Assembly: GCA_963826115.1 (NCBI GenBank)
Contig: CAWGVS010000004.1
Coordinates: forward strand, 128,001-192,000
Length of the DNA: 64,000 nt
Reading direction: 5' to 3'
From: an uncultured Candidatus Rokubacteria bacterium
GTDB lineage: Bacteria; Methylomirabilota; Methylomirabilia; Rokubacteriales; DASRDR01
A model generated the notes under the pieces. The model worked only from the letters and a program-made list of their open reading frames with translations, searched no databases and had not been told where the DNA came from. Below, in pieces: positions 44,479-55,197 of the stretch; position 1 is the first letter of the stretch; each line of letters begins with the position of its first letter. The position numbers were made by a program, and so were the translations under genes.

Positions 44479-45666
44479 ATGAAGGCCACGTATCGCTATC
44501 TCATCGTCGGCGGCGGCATGACCGCCGACGCGGCCGCCCACGGCATCCGCAAGCGCGACTCGACCGGGAGCATCGGCCTGATCGGCGCCGAGCCCCACGC
44601 GCCGTACAACCGGCCGCCCCTCAGCAAGGGCCTGTGGAAGGGCGAGGCCGAGGACAGCGTCTGGCGCAAGAACGCCGAGACCGGCGCCCAGCTCCACCTC
44701 GGGCACCGGGCGGTCGGGCTCGACGCGCGCGAGCGCCGGGTGTCGGACGCCCAGGGCGTCGTCTACGAGTACGAGAAGCTGCTCCTGGCCACCGGGGGCG
44801 CCCCGCGGAAGCTCGCCGGCGCGCCGGACGGCATCATCTACTTCCGGACCCTCGACGACTACCGGGCGGCGCGTCTCCTCGCGGACCGGAAGGCGCGGTT
44901 CGTCGTGGTGGGCGGCGGCTTCATCGGCTCGGAGGTGGCGGCGGCGCTCCGGATGCAGGGGTGCGAGGTGAGCATGATCGCGCCCCAGGCCGGGCTGGGC
45001 GGCCGCGTCTTCCCTGCCGACCTGTCGCGCTACCTGGTGGGCTTCTACCGGCAGCAGGGCGTGACGATGCTGATGAACGAGGCGGTCGAGCGGGTCGAGG
45101 TCGCGGCCGGCGGCTACCGGGTGCACACGAAGGGCGCGGGCGTGATCGCGGCCGACGCGGTCGTTGCGGGGCTCGGTATCGAGCCCGACGTGGACCTGGC
45201 ACGCCAGGCCGGGCTCACGATCCAGAACGGGATCGTCGTCGACGCCGAGCTCCGGACGAGCCAGCCTGACGTCTACGCGGCGGGCGACGTCGCCAGTTTC
45301 CCGAGCCCCGCGCTCGGCACGCGCGTGCGCGTGGAACACGAGGACAACGCCAACACGATGGGCGACATCGCGGGCCAGAACATGGCCGGTGCCGGGCTCT
45401 CGTACGAGCACCTCCCGTTCTTTTACTCCGACCTGTTCACGCTGGGCTACGAGGCGGTGGGCGAGGTGGACACGCGGCACGAGACCGTCGCCGACTGGAA
45501 GGAGCCGATGAAAGAGGGCGTCGTTTACTACCTTCAGGCCAGCCGCGTCCGCGGCGTGCTGCTCTGGAACACCTGGGAACAAGTGGACGCGGCGCGCGCC
45601 CTCATCGCCGCCCCCGGCCCGTTCCGCGCCGCCGACCTCAAGGGGCGTCTCCCGGCCGCCCGCTAG
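44479..45666 (+). CDS. FAD/NAD-dependent oxidoreductase (ferredoxin reductase/AIF-like)
   Basis: VGGGMTA, PYNRPPLSK, LLATGG, GGGFIGSE, YAAGD, RVEH, PFFYSD. Confidence 0.92.
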   Translation: MKATYRYLIVGGGMTADAAAHGIRKRDSTGSIGLIGAEPHAPYNRPPLSKGLWKGEAEDSVWRKNAETGAQLHLGHRAVGLDARERRVSDAQGVVYEYEKLLLATGGAPRKLAGAPDGIIYFRTLDDYRAARLLADRKARFVVVGGGFIGSEVAAALRMQGCEVSMIAPQAGLGGRVFPADLSRYLVGFYRQQGVTMLMNEAVERVEVAAGGYRVHTKGAGVIAADAVVAGLGIEPDVDLARQAGLTIQNGIVVDAELRTSQPDVYAAGDVASFPSPALGTRVRVEHEDNANTMGDIAGQNMAGAGLSYEHLPFFYSDLFTLGYEAVGEVDTRHETVADWKEPMKEGVVYYLQASRVRGVLLWNTWEQVDAARALIAAPGPFRAADLKGRLPAAR

Positions 45667-45686
45667 GCTCGACGGGGCGGCGAGGC

Positions 45687-48600
45687 ATGCGCGAGCAGCG
45701 GCTGGAGCGGCGGGTTGTCACCGCGCTCTTCGTCGACGTCGTGGGGTCCGCGACGCTGACCCAGACGCTCGGGGCCGAGCGCGTCAAGCGGGCCCTCGAC
45801 CGCGCCTTCGTCGAGCTCGCCGCGCGCATCGCCGCCGAGGGCGGCACCATCGAGAAGTACATCGGCGACGCGATCCACGCCCTGTTCGGCGTGCCGGCCA
45901 CGCATCCGGACGACCATCTGCGCGCCCTCCGCGCGGCGGATGCCTGCGTGGAGTGGGCGCGGGTCGCGGGGGCCCGCGCGTCCGTGGCCCTCGAGGTGCG
46001 CGCGGGTGTCGAGACCGGCGAGGCCATCATCAACGTGGCGGCGACCGAGACGGAGCGCCAGCAGATGAGCGTCGGCGCCTGCGTGAACGCCGCCGCGCGG
46101 CTCCAGCAGGTCGCGGAGCCCGGGCAGGTCGTCGTGGGTCCCGCGTGTCGGGAGGCGAGCGCGGACGCGGCCGACTTCGAGCCGCTGGGCGAGGTCGAGC
46201 TCAAGGGCCTCGGCGCGCTCGCCGCGTGGCGGCTCCGGGCCCTCCACCGGCCGCGCGCCGCGGGCCGCGTGCCCTTCGTGGGCCGGGAGTCGGAGCTGGC
46301 GCTCCTCCGCCTCGCATACGCGCGGGCGCGCTCCGGGCACGGCGTACTGGCTCTCGTGTCCGGCCCGCCCGGCCAGGGGAAGTCGCGCCTGGTCGAGGAG
46401 TTCGTCGCCGGACTCGGCCCGGAGCACCGTCTGGCGACGGCCCGGTGTCGCCCGGCCGGCGAGCCCGGTGCGGGCAGCCCGCTCCGGCAACTCCTCGCGA
46501 CCGGTGATGCGCCGCTGTCGTTCGACGACGTGGCCGCGAGTCTGGCGGAGCTCCTTCCCGACGCGACGGAGCGCCACCGGGTGGCGACGGCGCTTGCTCA
46601 CAGCGCCGGTCTCACGGTCAGCCGCGAGCTGGCGGGCCTGCCGGCGGGGCAGCGCCAGGACGAGCTCGTCAACGGCTGGCGCCGCTATCTCGGTGTGGTG
46701 ACGCGCGAGGGGCCCCTCGTCCTGTGGCTCGATGACCTCCACTGGGCGGACGGCGAGGTCGTCCAGCTCATCGATCGCCTCACGCTCGGCGTGGAAATGC
46801 CGCTGCTCGTGATCGCGACCGCGCGTCCCGAGCTGGCCGCGCAGGGAGGCGTGCGTCCCGGTGGGGACCGCTTCTTCCTGACGCTCGATGCGCTCGACGC
46901 CGACGCCGCGCGGACGCTCGCGAGCCAGGCAGGGGGCGGCCACGCCGCGGGCGTCGAGCGGGCGGAGGGCAATCCGCTCTTCGTCATCGAGCTCGCGCGG
47001 GCGCGCTCGCTCGGCGTCGCGCGCGACGTGCCGCTCACGCTCCACGGGGTGATCGGCGCGCGTCTGGAGGAGCTGCCGCTGCCCGACCGGGAGCTGCTCC
47101 AGTGCGCTGCGGTGGTCGGCGAGACGTTCACGCCGCAGGACGTGGGTCTGCTGTCCGGCCGCGACCCGGCTGAGGTCGCCGGCGCGCTCGAGCGCTTGGC
47201 CGGGCTCCTCTATCTCCAGCCCACGGCGGCGGGGTACCGGTTCCACCACGCGCTCGTCCGGGACGTCGCCTACGCGCGGCTGACCACATCGGATCGGATG
47301 CATCTACACGCTCGCTACGGGCGCGAGGGCGTGCGGGCGGAGGACGCCGAGGTCCTCGCGCACCATCTCTGGGAGGCGGCCGGCCCGCCGGACGCCGACT
47401 GGGTATGGGAAGGGGCCGGGGAGCTCGAGGCCATTCGGCGCGCCGCGATCGAAGCGCACCTCGCGGCCGGCCGCCGGTACGTCGATCGCGCGGTGTACAC
47501 GCGCGCGGTCGACACTTGCCGGCGCGCGCTCCGGTTCGCTGGCGGCCCCGGAGAGACGGCGCGCGTCGAACACGCGATCGCCGACGCATACGCGGGCGGG
47601 GGCAACGCCGACGACGCGTGGGCTCACTACCTGCGCGCACGCGCGGTGCACCAAGAGGCCGGGACGCATCCGCCACCGGCCCTCTATCCCGACGCGCTCG
47701 AGTTGCCGGTGTACACGTCCGGCATGTTCCGCCGGCGGCCGACGGCCGGCGAGATCGAGTTCCTGCTCCGGGAAGGGGAGACCGCCGCGCGCCGGGCCGG
47801 TGACGACGCATCCCTGGCCCGTCTGCTGGCGCTCGACGCCTACCGGTCCCACGATCCGGTGCGGCTCGTCGAGGCCCTGCGCCTCTCCGAACGGCTTCAG
47901 GACCCCGCGCCCCTCGCCTCCTTCCTGTCGCATGCCGCGATCCTGCAGACTCGCGTCGGCGATTTCGCGATGGCCGAGCGTCTCTACCAGCGGCTCGATG
48001 CCCTGGGCCAGACGAGCGTGCCGGCGGACGTCCAGCTGGAGTTCCGCGCGATCCTCGCGCTCAGCACGGGTCGGCTCGCGGACGCCGAGCGTCTGGCGGC
48101 GCGGCTCCTCGAAGCGAGCGCCTCGCGCGGGCCGCACCTCCGGACGCACGGCTTTCGGGAGCAGTGTCACGTGCTGCTGGCCCGCGGTGATTGGCGCGGC
48201 CTGCGCGAGGTCGCCGCCGGGACGGAGCAGCTGGTGGCGACGAGCGCGAGCACGTCGTTCTGTTACGCCGTCACCACCACCCGGGCCTTCGCCGCGGTCG
48301 CGCACGCCATCGAGGGCCATCCCTCGGACGCCCGCGCGCTGCTGACGCGCGCGGAGGAGCCGCTCCAGGCGGAGCCGTTCGAACGGGAGAGCGCGCTGCT
48401 GCTGGCGTACGGCGCGGTGGGCGCGCGCGCGGACGTGGCCGGGCTCCGCCGTCAGGTCCGCGCGCAGCCCACGCCCCCTTTCTGGTTCTTCCACCGGATG
48501 GAAGCCGTGGCGCTGACGATGCTGGAGGACTGGTCGGAGCTGGCGACGGTGCTCCCCCCGCTCGAGCGCGTCGCCGTCCGTGGCAGCCCGTATCTTGAGA

Positions 48601-48731
48601 CCCTGGTGGCCGCCATCCGCGAGACGCTCGCTGCCGCGCAGGGCGGTCCCGCTCCGTCGCACGCGCGGCTCCGGGAGCTCGGCTACCTTGGGTGGAGCCA
48701 GCTCCTGGCCCACCGCCCGCCGGCCGTGTGA
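45687..48731 (+). CDS. Class III adenylate/guanylate cyclase fused to STAND AAA ATPase and helical TPR-like region
   Basis: FVDVVGS, EKYIGDAI, VNAAARL; FVGRESEL, GPPGQGKS, LDDLHWAD, GNPLF, FHHALVRDVAY. Confidence 0.9.
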   Translation: MREQRLERRVVTALFVDVVGSATLTQTLGAERVKRALDRAFVELAARIAAEGGTIEKYIGDAIHALFGVPATHPDDHLRALRAADACVEWARVAGARASVALEVRAGVETGEAIINVAATETERQQMSVGACVNAAARLQQVAEPGQVVVGPACREASADAADFEPLGEVELKGLGALAAWRLRALHRPRAAGRVPFVGRESELALLRLAYARARSGHGVLALVSGPPGQGKSRLVEEFVAGLGPEHRLATARCRPAGEPGAGSPLRQLLATGDAPLSFDDVAASLAELLPDATERHRVATALAHSAGLTVSRELAGLPAGQRQDELVNGWRRYLGVVTREGPLVLWLDDLHWADGEVVQLIDRLTLGVEMPLLVIATARPELAAQGGVRPGGDRFFLTLDALDADAARTLASQAGGGHAAGVERAEGNPLFVIELARARSLGVARDVPLTLHGVIGARLEELPLPDRELLQCAAVVGETFTPQDVGLLSGRDPAEVAGALERLAGLLYLQPTAAGYRFHHALVRDVAYARLTTSDRMHLHARYGREGVRAEDAEVLAHHLWEAAGPPDADWVWEGAGELEAIRRAAIEAHLAAGRRYVDRAVYTRAVDTCRRALRFAGGPGETARVEHAIADAYAGGGNADDAWAHYLRARAVHQEAGTHPPPALYPDALELPVYTSGMFRRRPTAGEIEFLLREGETAARRAGDDASLARLLALDAYRSHDPVRLVEALRLSERLQDPAPLASFLSHAAILQTRVGDFAMAERLYQRLDALGQTSVPADVQLEFRAILALSTGRLADAERLAARLLEASASRGPHLRTHGFREQCHVLLARGDWRGLREVAAGTEQLVATSASTSFCYAVTTTRAFAAVAHAIEGHPSDARALLTRAEEPLQAEPFERESALLLAYGAVGARADVAGLRRQVRAQPTPPFWFFHRMEAVALTMLEDWSELATVLPPLERVAVRGSPYLETLVAAIRETLAAAQGGPAPSHARLRELGYLGWSQLLAHRPPAV

Positions 48732-48740
48732 CGGCGCGGC

Positions 48741-50024
48741 TCAGCGGGCCGGCGCGACCGGCGCCATGATTCGGCGGAGGTCCTCCTGGTTCCGGTCGAC
48801 CCAGAGGTTCCCGACATGCCCCCCGAGGGGGTAGAGGTACAGACGGTCGCCCAGCCAGCTGCGCAGGGCGTCGAGGTCCTCGGGCCTCGCGAGGAAGTCG
48901 TCGGCGTTCTCGACGACGAAGACGCGTGGATTCCGACCGAGCTCCGGGCCCACCGCGCCCAGGCTCGCCTGTGCCAGCAGCTGTTCGTCCGGCGGGGCGT
49001 CGGCGACGGCGCGCGAGCGTCGGAGCGCGGGAAACACGAACTGCGACAGGTAGTCCGCGAAGGAGTAGCGTCCCGCCACGTTGACCTGCAGCGGCCACGT
49101 GCCCGTCACCGGCGCGGCGCCGGGCGTCCGGCCCGCGCTGATCTGACGGCTGGCGAGGATGGTGCCCTGCACGGCGATCCGGAACGACTGGCCGATGAGC
49201 CAACGCATCTCGCGGTCCGTGAAGGTCCACTGCTCGGCGGCCCAGGCGGTGAGCTCGTGAGTGAACGGGCGATTCTTGAGCTTGATGACCGTGTCGACCA
49301 TCGTCTGGGAGAGCTGGTTTCTTCGCGGGTCCGGGATGGACGCCCCCGCCGCATAGAAGCCGTCGACGACATCGACCCCGTGCCGGACGTCGATCGCGGG
49401 GTTGATGAGGACCACCCGCGCGAACGCGAACGCGCGCTGCTCGGCGTCCTCGCGGGTCAGGAACGCGGTGAGGAGGCCCCCGAACGAGTACCCCACCACC
49501 GAGTAGCCGGTGATTGCGAGGTGGTGCTCCGTGCCGAGGTGCCCAACGACCCGCTTCAGGAACTCGTAGTACTCCCGCGCGTCAACCGGGAGATAGCCGG
49601 GGAGCGTCGACTCGCTCACGCCCAGCGCGTACTGCCAGGACATCGGGTCCGGCAGGGTGACCGCATGGAAGCCCATCGCGTGGAGCTGCTCCCCGAGCAT
49701 GAGCGCCGGCTCGCTGAAGGCGTGGCCGCCCACGCCGGGGATCACGAAGACGAGCGGCGCTGGGGTCCGCTGCGCGAACACCGCGAGGATGATCCGGTGC
49801 TTCATCTCGAAGCGTGGCACCCTCCGGCGGTCGGCGCGGACCTCGAGGGCGCTGGTCGCGTAGTCAGTGCGCCGGAGGGAGTAGCCCGCCGGTAGGAGGC
49901 TTGCCTTCAGCGGGTCGGCGATCGGGAAGCGGTACTCGTCGGCCGCGGGCGCCACGGCGGCGCCCGGCCCGAGGGCCAAGGCCCCGACGAGCGCCGCAAT
50001 TCGACGGCGAGCGGTTTTCGTCAT
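48741..50024 (-). CDS. Secreted alpha/beta hydrolase
   Basis: Signal-like N-terminus; IPGVGG, GYSFGG nucleophile elbow, NADDF, GGHVGN. Confidence 0.75.
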   Translation of the reverse strand: MTKTARRRIAALVGALALGPGAAVAPAADEYRFPIADPLKASLLPAGYSLRRTDYATSALEVRADRRRVPRFEMKHRIILAVFAQRTPAPLVFVIPGVGGHAFSEPALMLGEQLHAMGFHAVTLPDPMSWQYALGVSESTLPGYLPVDAREYYEFLKRVVGHLGTEHHLAITGYSVVGYSFGGLLTAFLTREDAEQRAFAFARVVLINPAIDVRHGVDVVDGFYAAGASIPDPRRNQLSQTMVDTVIKLKNRPFTHELTAWAAEQWTFTDREMRWLIGQSFRIAVQGTILASRQISAGRTPGAAPVTGTWPLQVNVAGRYSFADYLSQFVFPALRRSRAVADAPPDEQLLAQASLGAVGPELGRNPRVFVVENADDFLARPEDLDALRSWLGDRLYLYPLGGHVGNLWVDRNQEDLRRIMAPVAPAR

Positions 50025-50252
50025 CCTGTCTCCGGGCCGGACAGCCCGACGGTACCTCGCCGCGGGGGCGGGCACCAGCGGGCCTCCGCGACGCGCCGCG
50101 ATCGTCCGGGACCGGACGTCGGGGGGCCCTCCCGACACGCGCTTGACCGCCCCGCTCGGATGGTGACGTAACCGCGGTCCGGATCGTGGGAGACCTAAGT
50201 CACGGTGCTGGTCGTCCCACGGTCGCACCCTGCAACTGGAGGGTCAGAGGTC

Positions 50253-50492
50253 ATGAGGAACATCGAAGAAACCCTGATCGTGACGATCGGGCTCGTCATG
50301 GGCACCGCGGTCGGCGTGCTCACCGCGGCGCTAGGTCTCACGCTCGCGGGCCTGCCGTGGGAGCTCCACTTCTCGGTACATCACGTCGCCGCGGTGGCGG
50401 TCGTCCTCACCGGAATCACGGTCGTGGCGCAGGGCGTCGTCATCGTGGTCGACCTGCTCGTGGGCAACTCGCTCCGGCGGGGGCATCTCTGA
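50253..50492 (+). CDS. Small two-TM membrane protein
   Basis: 79 aa with two hydrophobic segments; GAGG RBS. Confidence 0.55.
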   Translation: MRNIEETLIVTIGLVMGTAVGVLTAALGLTLAGLPWELHFSVHHVAAVAVVLTGITVVAQGVVIVVDLLVGNSLRRGHL

Positions 50493-50604
50493 GCTCGCCC
50501 TCCGCAGCGTGCTCGGCAATGCGACGGCGAATCGCGCGGGTCCGGTCTGACCGGAATTCGCTCGACGGCGCGCGAGGAGGCGTCGCGGTCCAGGAGGGAA
50601 CGTG

Positions 50605-50802
50605 ATGGGTCCCCAGAGAGTGCTTTCGTGGTTGACGGTCCTGATCGGCTTGGTCCTGATAGTCACGCCGTGGCTGCTGAGCTTCGCCACCGATCGGGTC
50701 GCCCGGCTGGACGTCGTGATCGGCGGCGCGCTCGTCGCGCTCGTGGGGATCGCGCTGGTCTACGCGGCGCAACCGGAGCCCACCCGGCGCCTCTCGCACT
50801 GA
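50605..50802 (+). CDS. SPW-repeat membrane protein
   Basis: W..LIGLVLIVTPWLLSF..GGALVA; AGGAGG RBS. Confidence 0.7.
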   Translation: MGPQRVLSWLTVLIGLVLIVTPWLLSFATDRVARLDVVIGGALVALVGIALVYAAQPEPTRRLSH

Positions 50803-50859
50803 CGACGGCCCGGTGCGAGCCGTCCTTCCCGGCGGGGACGGCACGGGCTGGCCGAGGTG

Positions 50860-52119
50860 TCAGCGCATGTTGCCGGTGTGGCCGAGCGAGTAGCGGCCCG
50901 GCTGCGGCCACACGGTGAGCCCATGCGGCTCCTTCCCGACCGGGATCGTGGTCACCTGCCCGGTACGCGTGTCGAAGACGTAGACGACGTCGTCGAATCG
51001 GCCGCTCAGCCAGAGCTGGCTCCCGTCGGCGCTGACGTTTCCCATGTCCGGACTCCCGCCGCCCGGCACGGACCAGACGGCCTCGACCGTGCGGCTTGCG
51101 AAGTCGACGACCGCGACCGTGCCCGGCCCCTTCGGCCGGCCCCGGATCTGGCGCGAGCCGCGATTGGCGACATAGAGCTTCTTCGCGTCCCGGCTCGGGT
51201 AGAGGCCATGGGTGCCGATGCCCGTCTTGAGGAAGCCCGTGGCGGCGAAGCGGGCGCCGTCGATCAGGTGGACGCCGCCCGCCATCATGTCGGCCACGAA
51301 GAAGGTCTGACCGTCCGGCGAGACGCGGATGTCCTGGGGCATCCCGCCGCGGGGGAGCGGAAGGTACCCAATCACCGTCCGGCTGACGAGGTCGACCTTG
51401 ACGAGGCCGCTCTGGAACTCGCACGTGGCGATCAGGTACTTGCCGTCGATCGCGAAGTCGACGTGGTTCACGCCCGCGCAGTTCGGCACCTCGACGGCCC
51501 CCTGGAGGGCCATGGTCCGCGGATCGCGAAAGTCGAGGCGCTTGAGCGCCTCGGCAACCACGATCGCGGAGCGCCCGTCCGGTGTGAAGTAGAGGTTGTA
51601 GGGATCGTCGACGGCGACCGTGCGCCCTGGCTTCCCCGTCGTCGGATCGATGGGCGTGAGGCTGCCCGTCGTCAGGCCCTCGGCGTTGTTGGCCACCCAC
51701 AGGACCGCGAGGTCGTAGGACGGCACGACGTGCTGGGGATTCACGCCGACCGGGAACGTGTCCACCACCGTCAGGGTCGTCGAGTCGATCACCGTGACGG
51801 TGTTCGCCTTCACGTTGGGCACGTACACGCGCGGGAGGGCGGTGGCCACCACCGGGCTGAGCCGGCCCGCCGCGGTCTCGCTGTAGAGGTTCGTCGGATC
51901 GGGCACCGGGGGCATCCCGGGGATGGTCTGCACCGGCGGCGGTACCGGCGTCGGCGGAGTAGCGGGCGCAGCCGAGGTCGCGGGCGCGGCGGGGGTCGGC
52001 AAGCTGACACGGACGTGGGACGTCCGCCAGATGGCGACGCTCCACACGACGAGCGCGAGCCCGAGCAGCGCGCCGATGACCCGCCATCGGGATGGATTGC
52101 TCGGGCCGCTCCCGCTCAT
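50860..52119 (-). CDS. YVTN/YncE-type beta-propeller with N-terminal anchor and Pro-rich linker
   Basis: VYVPN..VTVID, PQHVVPS, PYNLYFTPDG, PQDIRVSPDG, C-terminal PGRYSLGHTGNMR. Confidence 0.88.
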   Translation of the reverse strand: MSGSGPSNPSRWRVIGALLGLALVVWSVAIWRTSHVRVSLPTPAAPATSAAPATPPTPVPPPVQTIPGMPPVPDPTNLYSETAAGRLSPVVATALPRVYVPNVKANTVTVIDSTTLTVVDTFPVGVNPQHVVPSYDLAVLWVANNAEGLTTGSLTPIDPTTGKPGRTVAVDDPYNLYFTPDGRSAIVVAEALKRLDFRDPRTMALQGAVEVPNCAGVNHVDFAIDGKYLIATCEFQSGLVKVDLVSRTVIGYLPLPRGGMPQDIRVSPDGQTFFVADMMAGGVHLIDGARFAATGFLKTGIGTHGLYPSRDAKKLYVANRGSRQIRGRPKGPGTVAVVDFASRTVEAVWSVPGGGSPDMGNVSADGSQLWLSGRFDDVVYVFDTRTGQVTTIPVGKEPHGLTVWPQPGRYSLGHTGNMR

Positions 52120-52952
52120 CGCGGCACTCCATCCGGCGGCGCCTCTCGCCGCGCCACCGACTGCCGGATGGCGGCGACGGTCTGCGCGATGATCTGGTCG
52201 ACGGCCATGCGACCGATCTCGGCGCTCGCCCGGCTCGGGTCGCCGTTCGCGCCCTCCCAGCCGCCCGGCTCGTGCGCCGCGTGGAGGCGGTCTTGGCGCA
52301 CCAGGCTCGGGTCGATGGCCAGCGCGAGGGACGTGTCGAGCGCCCCGGCGTGGCTCCCGAGCTCGCTGTCCTGGTAGCCGCGGCTTCGGAAGAGCGCGCT
52401 CGCGCCCGCGGTGCTCGCCCGGTAGTACGCGTCGATCGCGTGGACGCGGGTGGGCGTTCCCGTCCACCCGCGGTTCAGGCGCCGCGCCACCGCTTCCTGG
52501 CCGGCTTGGTTCCCACCGCTGTCTCCGAGGAACACGATGTCGCGGAATCCGTGAATGGCGAAGCTCCGCGCCGCGGACTCGAGCACTCCCTCGAAGGACG
52601 CCTCGCTGAGCGTGATCGTGCCCGGGTAGCGCATGTGCCCGGTCGGCGGGGCGAGCCCGCCCTCCGGCACGTAGGCCAGCACCGGGGCGACCAGCGTGCC
52701 CCCGAGGGCCCTCGCGATCGAGGCCGAGAGCGCCCGTACGCGGGCGTTGTGCTTGCCGAGCGTCATGTGCGGGCCGTTCTGCTCCGTGCCCCCGGTCGGC
52801 AGGATGATGGTCGTCGTGCCGGCACGGACGAGGTCACGCACCTCCGTCCACGTCAGCTCCTCGAGGAAGACGCTGCGCAGGGTCGCGGCCCGGCTCATTG
52901 CCGGGAACAGCAGCACCCATCCAGCCAGGGCCACCACCGCGCTCGTTCTCAT
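52116..52952 (-). CDS. Creatininase-family protein with signal peptide (divergent metal site)
   Basis: LEELTWTEV, PTGGTEQNGPH, HMRYPGTI, GDSGGN, HAGALDTS; AAGGAG RBS. Confidence 0.85.
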   Translation of the reverse strand: MRTSAVVALAGWVLLFPAMSRAATLRSVFLEELTWTEVRDLVRAGTTTIILPTGGTEQNGPHMTLGKHNARVRALSASIARALGGTLVAPVLAYVPEGGLAPPTGHMRYPGTITLSEASFEGVLESAARSFAIHGFRDIVFLGDSGGNQAGQEAVARRLNRGWTGTPTRVHAIDAYYRASTAGASALFRSRGYQDSELGSHAGALDTSLALAIDPSLVRQDRLHAAHEPGGWEGANGDPSRASAEIGRMAVDQIIAQTVAAIRQSVARREAPPDGVPR

Positions 52953-53088
52953 GCCGCTCCTTCGCAGGCACCCCGCGCTGGCGGGCGCGGGAGCGCGCAG
53001 GCGAGTCTACCGCGCGCGCCCAGGCAGAGCAGTTTACAATCGCGGCGGTGCCGGGGGGTCCTCGCGGGCCGCCGGTCCGGGGAGCCGG

Positions 53089-55197
53089 ATGAGCCATCGC
53101 CTGGGCGTCGACGTCGGCGGCACGTTCACCGATCTGGTCCTGGTGGGGCCGGACGGGCGGGCGCTCACGCGGAAGGTGCTGTCCTCGACCGGGGACTACG
53201 CCGAGGCGATCGTCGAGGGCGCGCGCGAGCTCATGGCGGCGGCGGGGATCGGCCCGGCCGAGGTCGCCGAGCTGATCCACGGCACCACCGTGGCCACGAA
53301 CGCGATCCTCGAGCGCCGAGGCGCCCGCACGGGGCTCCTCACGACCGAGGGGTTCCGCGACCTCCTCGAGATCGGGCGCCTCCGGCTGGCGCGGCTCTAC
53401 GACATCGACTTCGAGCGCCCCGCGCCCCTGGTGCCGCGGCGCTGGCGGCGCGAGGTCGCCGAGCGGCTCGGCCCGGGTGGGCAGGTCCTCATGCCGCTGG
53501 ACCCGGCGAGCGTGCGCGCGGCGGTCGACCTCCTCGCGCGCGAGGGCGTCGAGGCCATCGCCATCGCCTTCCTCCACGCCTATGCGAGCGACAAGCACGA
53601 GCAGGCCGCCGCCGCGATCGTCCGCGAGCGGGCGCCCGGCGTCCACCTGACGCTCTCCTCGGAGATCCTGCCCGAGGTGCGGGAGTTCGAGCGGACGAGC
53701 ACCGCGGTGACGAACGCCTACGTCATGCCGGTGATGAGCCGCTACCTCGGGAGCCTCGAGACCGAGCTGCGGGGCCTGGGCGTCCGCGCGCCGATCCTGG
53801 TCATGCAGTCGAACGGCGGCGTCATGACCGCCGCCAGCGGGCGCCGGCGGCCGGTGCACTTGATCGAGTCGGGGCCGGCGGCCGGCGTGATCGCGACCGC
53901 GGAGCTGGCGCGGCGGATCGGGCGCCCGAACGCGATCAGCATCGACATGGGCGGGACCACGGCCAAGGCCTCGGTGATCGAGGGTGGCGAGCTCAAGCGC
54001 ACGGGCGAGTTCGAGATCGGCGGCGCGCTCTCGCAGGGCAGCCGCCTGAATCGCGGCAGCGGCTTCCTGCTCCGCGTGCCGGCCATCGACATCGCGGAGG
54101 TGGGCGCGGGCGGCGGCAGCATCGTCCGCGTCGACGATGCGGGCCAGCTGCACGTGGGACCGCGGAGCGCGGGCGCGCTCCCCGGCCCGGCCTGCTATGG
54201 ACAGGGTGGGAAGGACGCGACCCTGACCGACGCGAACGTCGTCCTCGGCTACCTCCACCCGGAGCGGCTCCCGAGCGGGCTCGCCCTCGACGCGGCCCTC
54301 GCCCGCTCCGCGATCGCGGAGCAGGTGGCGCGTCCGCTCGACCTCGGCCTCGAGGCCGCCGCGCACGGCGTCTACCTCGTCGGCTGCGCGCGGATGGCGC
54401 GGGCGGTCCGGGCGGTCACGATCGAGCGGGGGCGCGACGCGCGAGACTTCGTCCTGGTCGCCTTCGGCGGGAACGGGCCGCTCTTCGCGGGGGAAATGGC
54501 GCGCTCGCTCGGGATCGCCACGGTGCTGGTCCCGCCGGCGCCCGGCGTCTTCAGCGCGGTCGGCCTCCTCGAGGCCGAGAGCGAGCACCACCTGGTCCGG
54601 AGCGTGCTGCGTCCGCTGTCGACCGACACGGCGGACGGCGTGGCGGCCTCGCTCCGGGCGCTCGAGGCGGAGGCCGCGGCCCTTCTCCGCGCCGAGGGCT
54701 ACCGGGACGCGGTGGCCATGGACCGGGGCGTCGATCTCAAGTACGAGGGGCAATCGTTCGAGCTGACGATCGCGGTCCCGCCGGACTGGCGCGGCGCCGA
54801 GGGGGTCGCCGCGCTGGCCGCCGCCTTCGCCCGGGAGCACGAGCGCACCTACGGACATGCGGCGGCGGGTGACCCGATCCAGGTCGTGAATCTCCGCGTC
54901 ACCGCGCGGCTGGTCCGTCCGGCCGGCCGGCCCCCGGTCCGGGTCGCGAGCGAGCGGGTCGTACCGGGAAGCGGGACGCGGCGCGCGTACTTCGGGCGCG
55001 AGCACGGGACGCTGACCACGCCCGTGCTCACCCGCGCGGACCTCGGCCCGGCGCCGCGCTCGGGCCCGCTTCTCGTCGACGAGTACGACGCGACGACGCT
55101 GATCCCGCCCGGCGCGGCGGCTTCCCTCGACGGCCTCGGGAACATCATCATCGAACCGTCCACCGGCTCCCCGAGCGGAGCGAGGCCCTGGCATTGA
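53089..55197 (+). CDS. hyuA: Hydantoinase A / 5-oxoprolinase ATP-binding subunit
   Basis: [41 protein letters not shown]. Confidence 0.93.
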   Translation: MSHRLGVDVGGTFTDLVLVGPDGRALTRKVLSSTGDYAEAIVEGARELMAAAGIGPAEVAELIHGTTVATNAILERRGARTGLLTTEGFRDLLEIGRLRLARLYDIDFERPAPLVPRRWRREVAERLGPGGQVLMPLDPASVRAAVDLLAREGVEAIAIAFLHAYASDKHEQAAAAIVRERAPGVHLTLSSEILPEVREFERTSTAVTNAYVMPVMSRYLGSLETELRGLGVRAPILVMQSNGGVMTAASGRRRPVHLIESGPAAGVIATAELARRIGRPNAISIDMGGTTAKASVIEGGELKRTGEFEIGGALSQGSRLNRGSGFLLRVPAIDIAEVGAGGGSIVRVDDAGQLHVGPRSAGALPGPACYGQGGKDATLTDANVVLGYLHPERLPSGLALDAALARSAIAEQVARPLDLGLEAAAHGVYLVGCARMARAVRAVTIERGRDARDFVLVAFGGNGPLFAGEMARSLGIATVLVPPAPGVFSAVGLLEAESEHHLVRSVLRPLSTDTADGVAASLRALEAEAAALLRAEGYRDAVAMDRGVDLKYEGQSFELTIAVPPDWRGAEGVAALAAAFAREHERTYGHAAAGDPIQVVNLRVTARLVRPAGRPPVRVASERVVPGSGTRRAYFGREHGTLTTPVLTRADLGPAPRSGPLLVDEYDATTLIPPGAAASLDGLGNIIIEPSTGSPSGARPWH

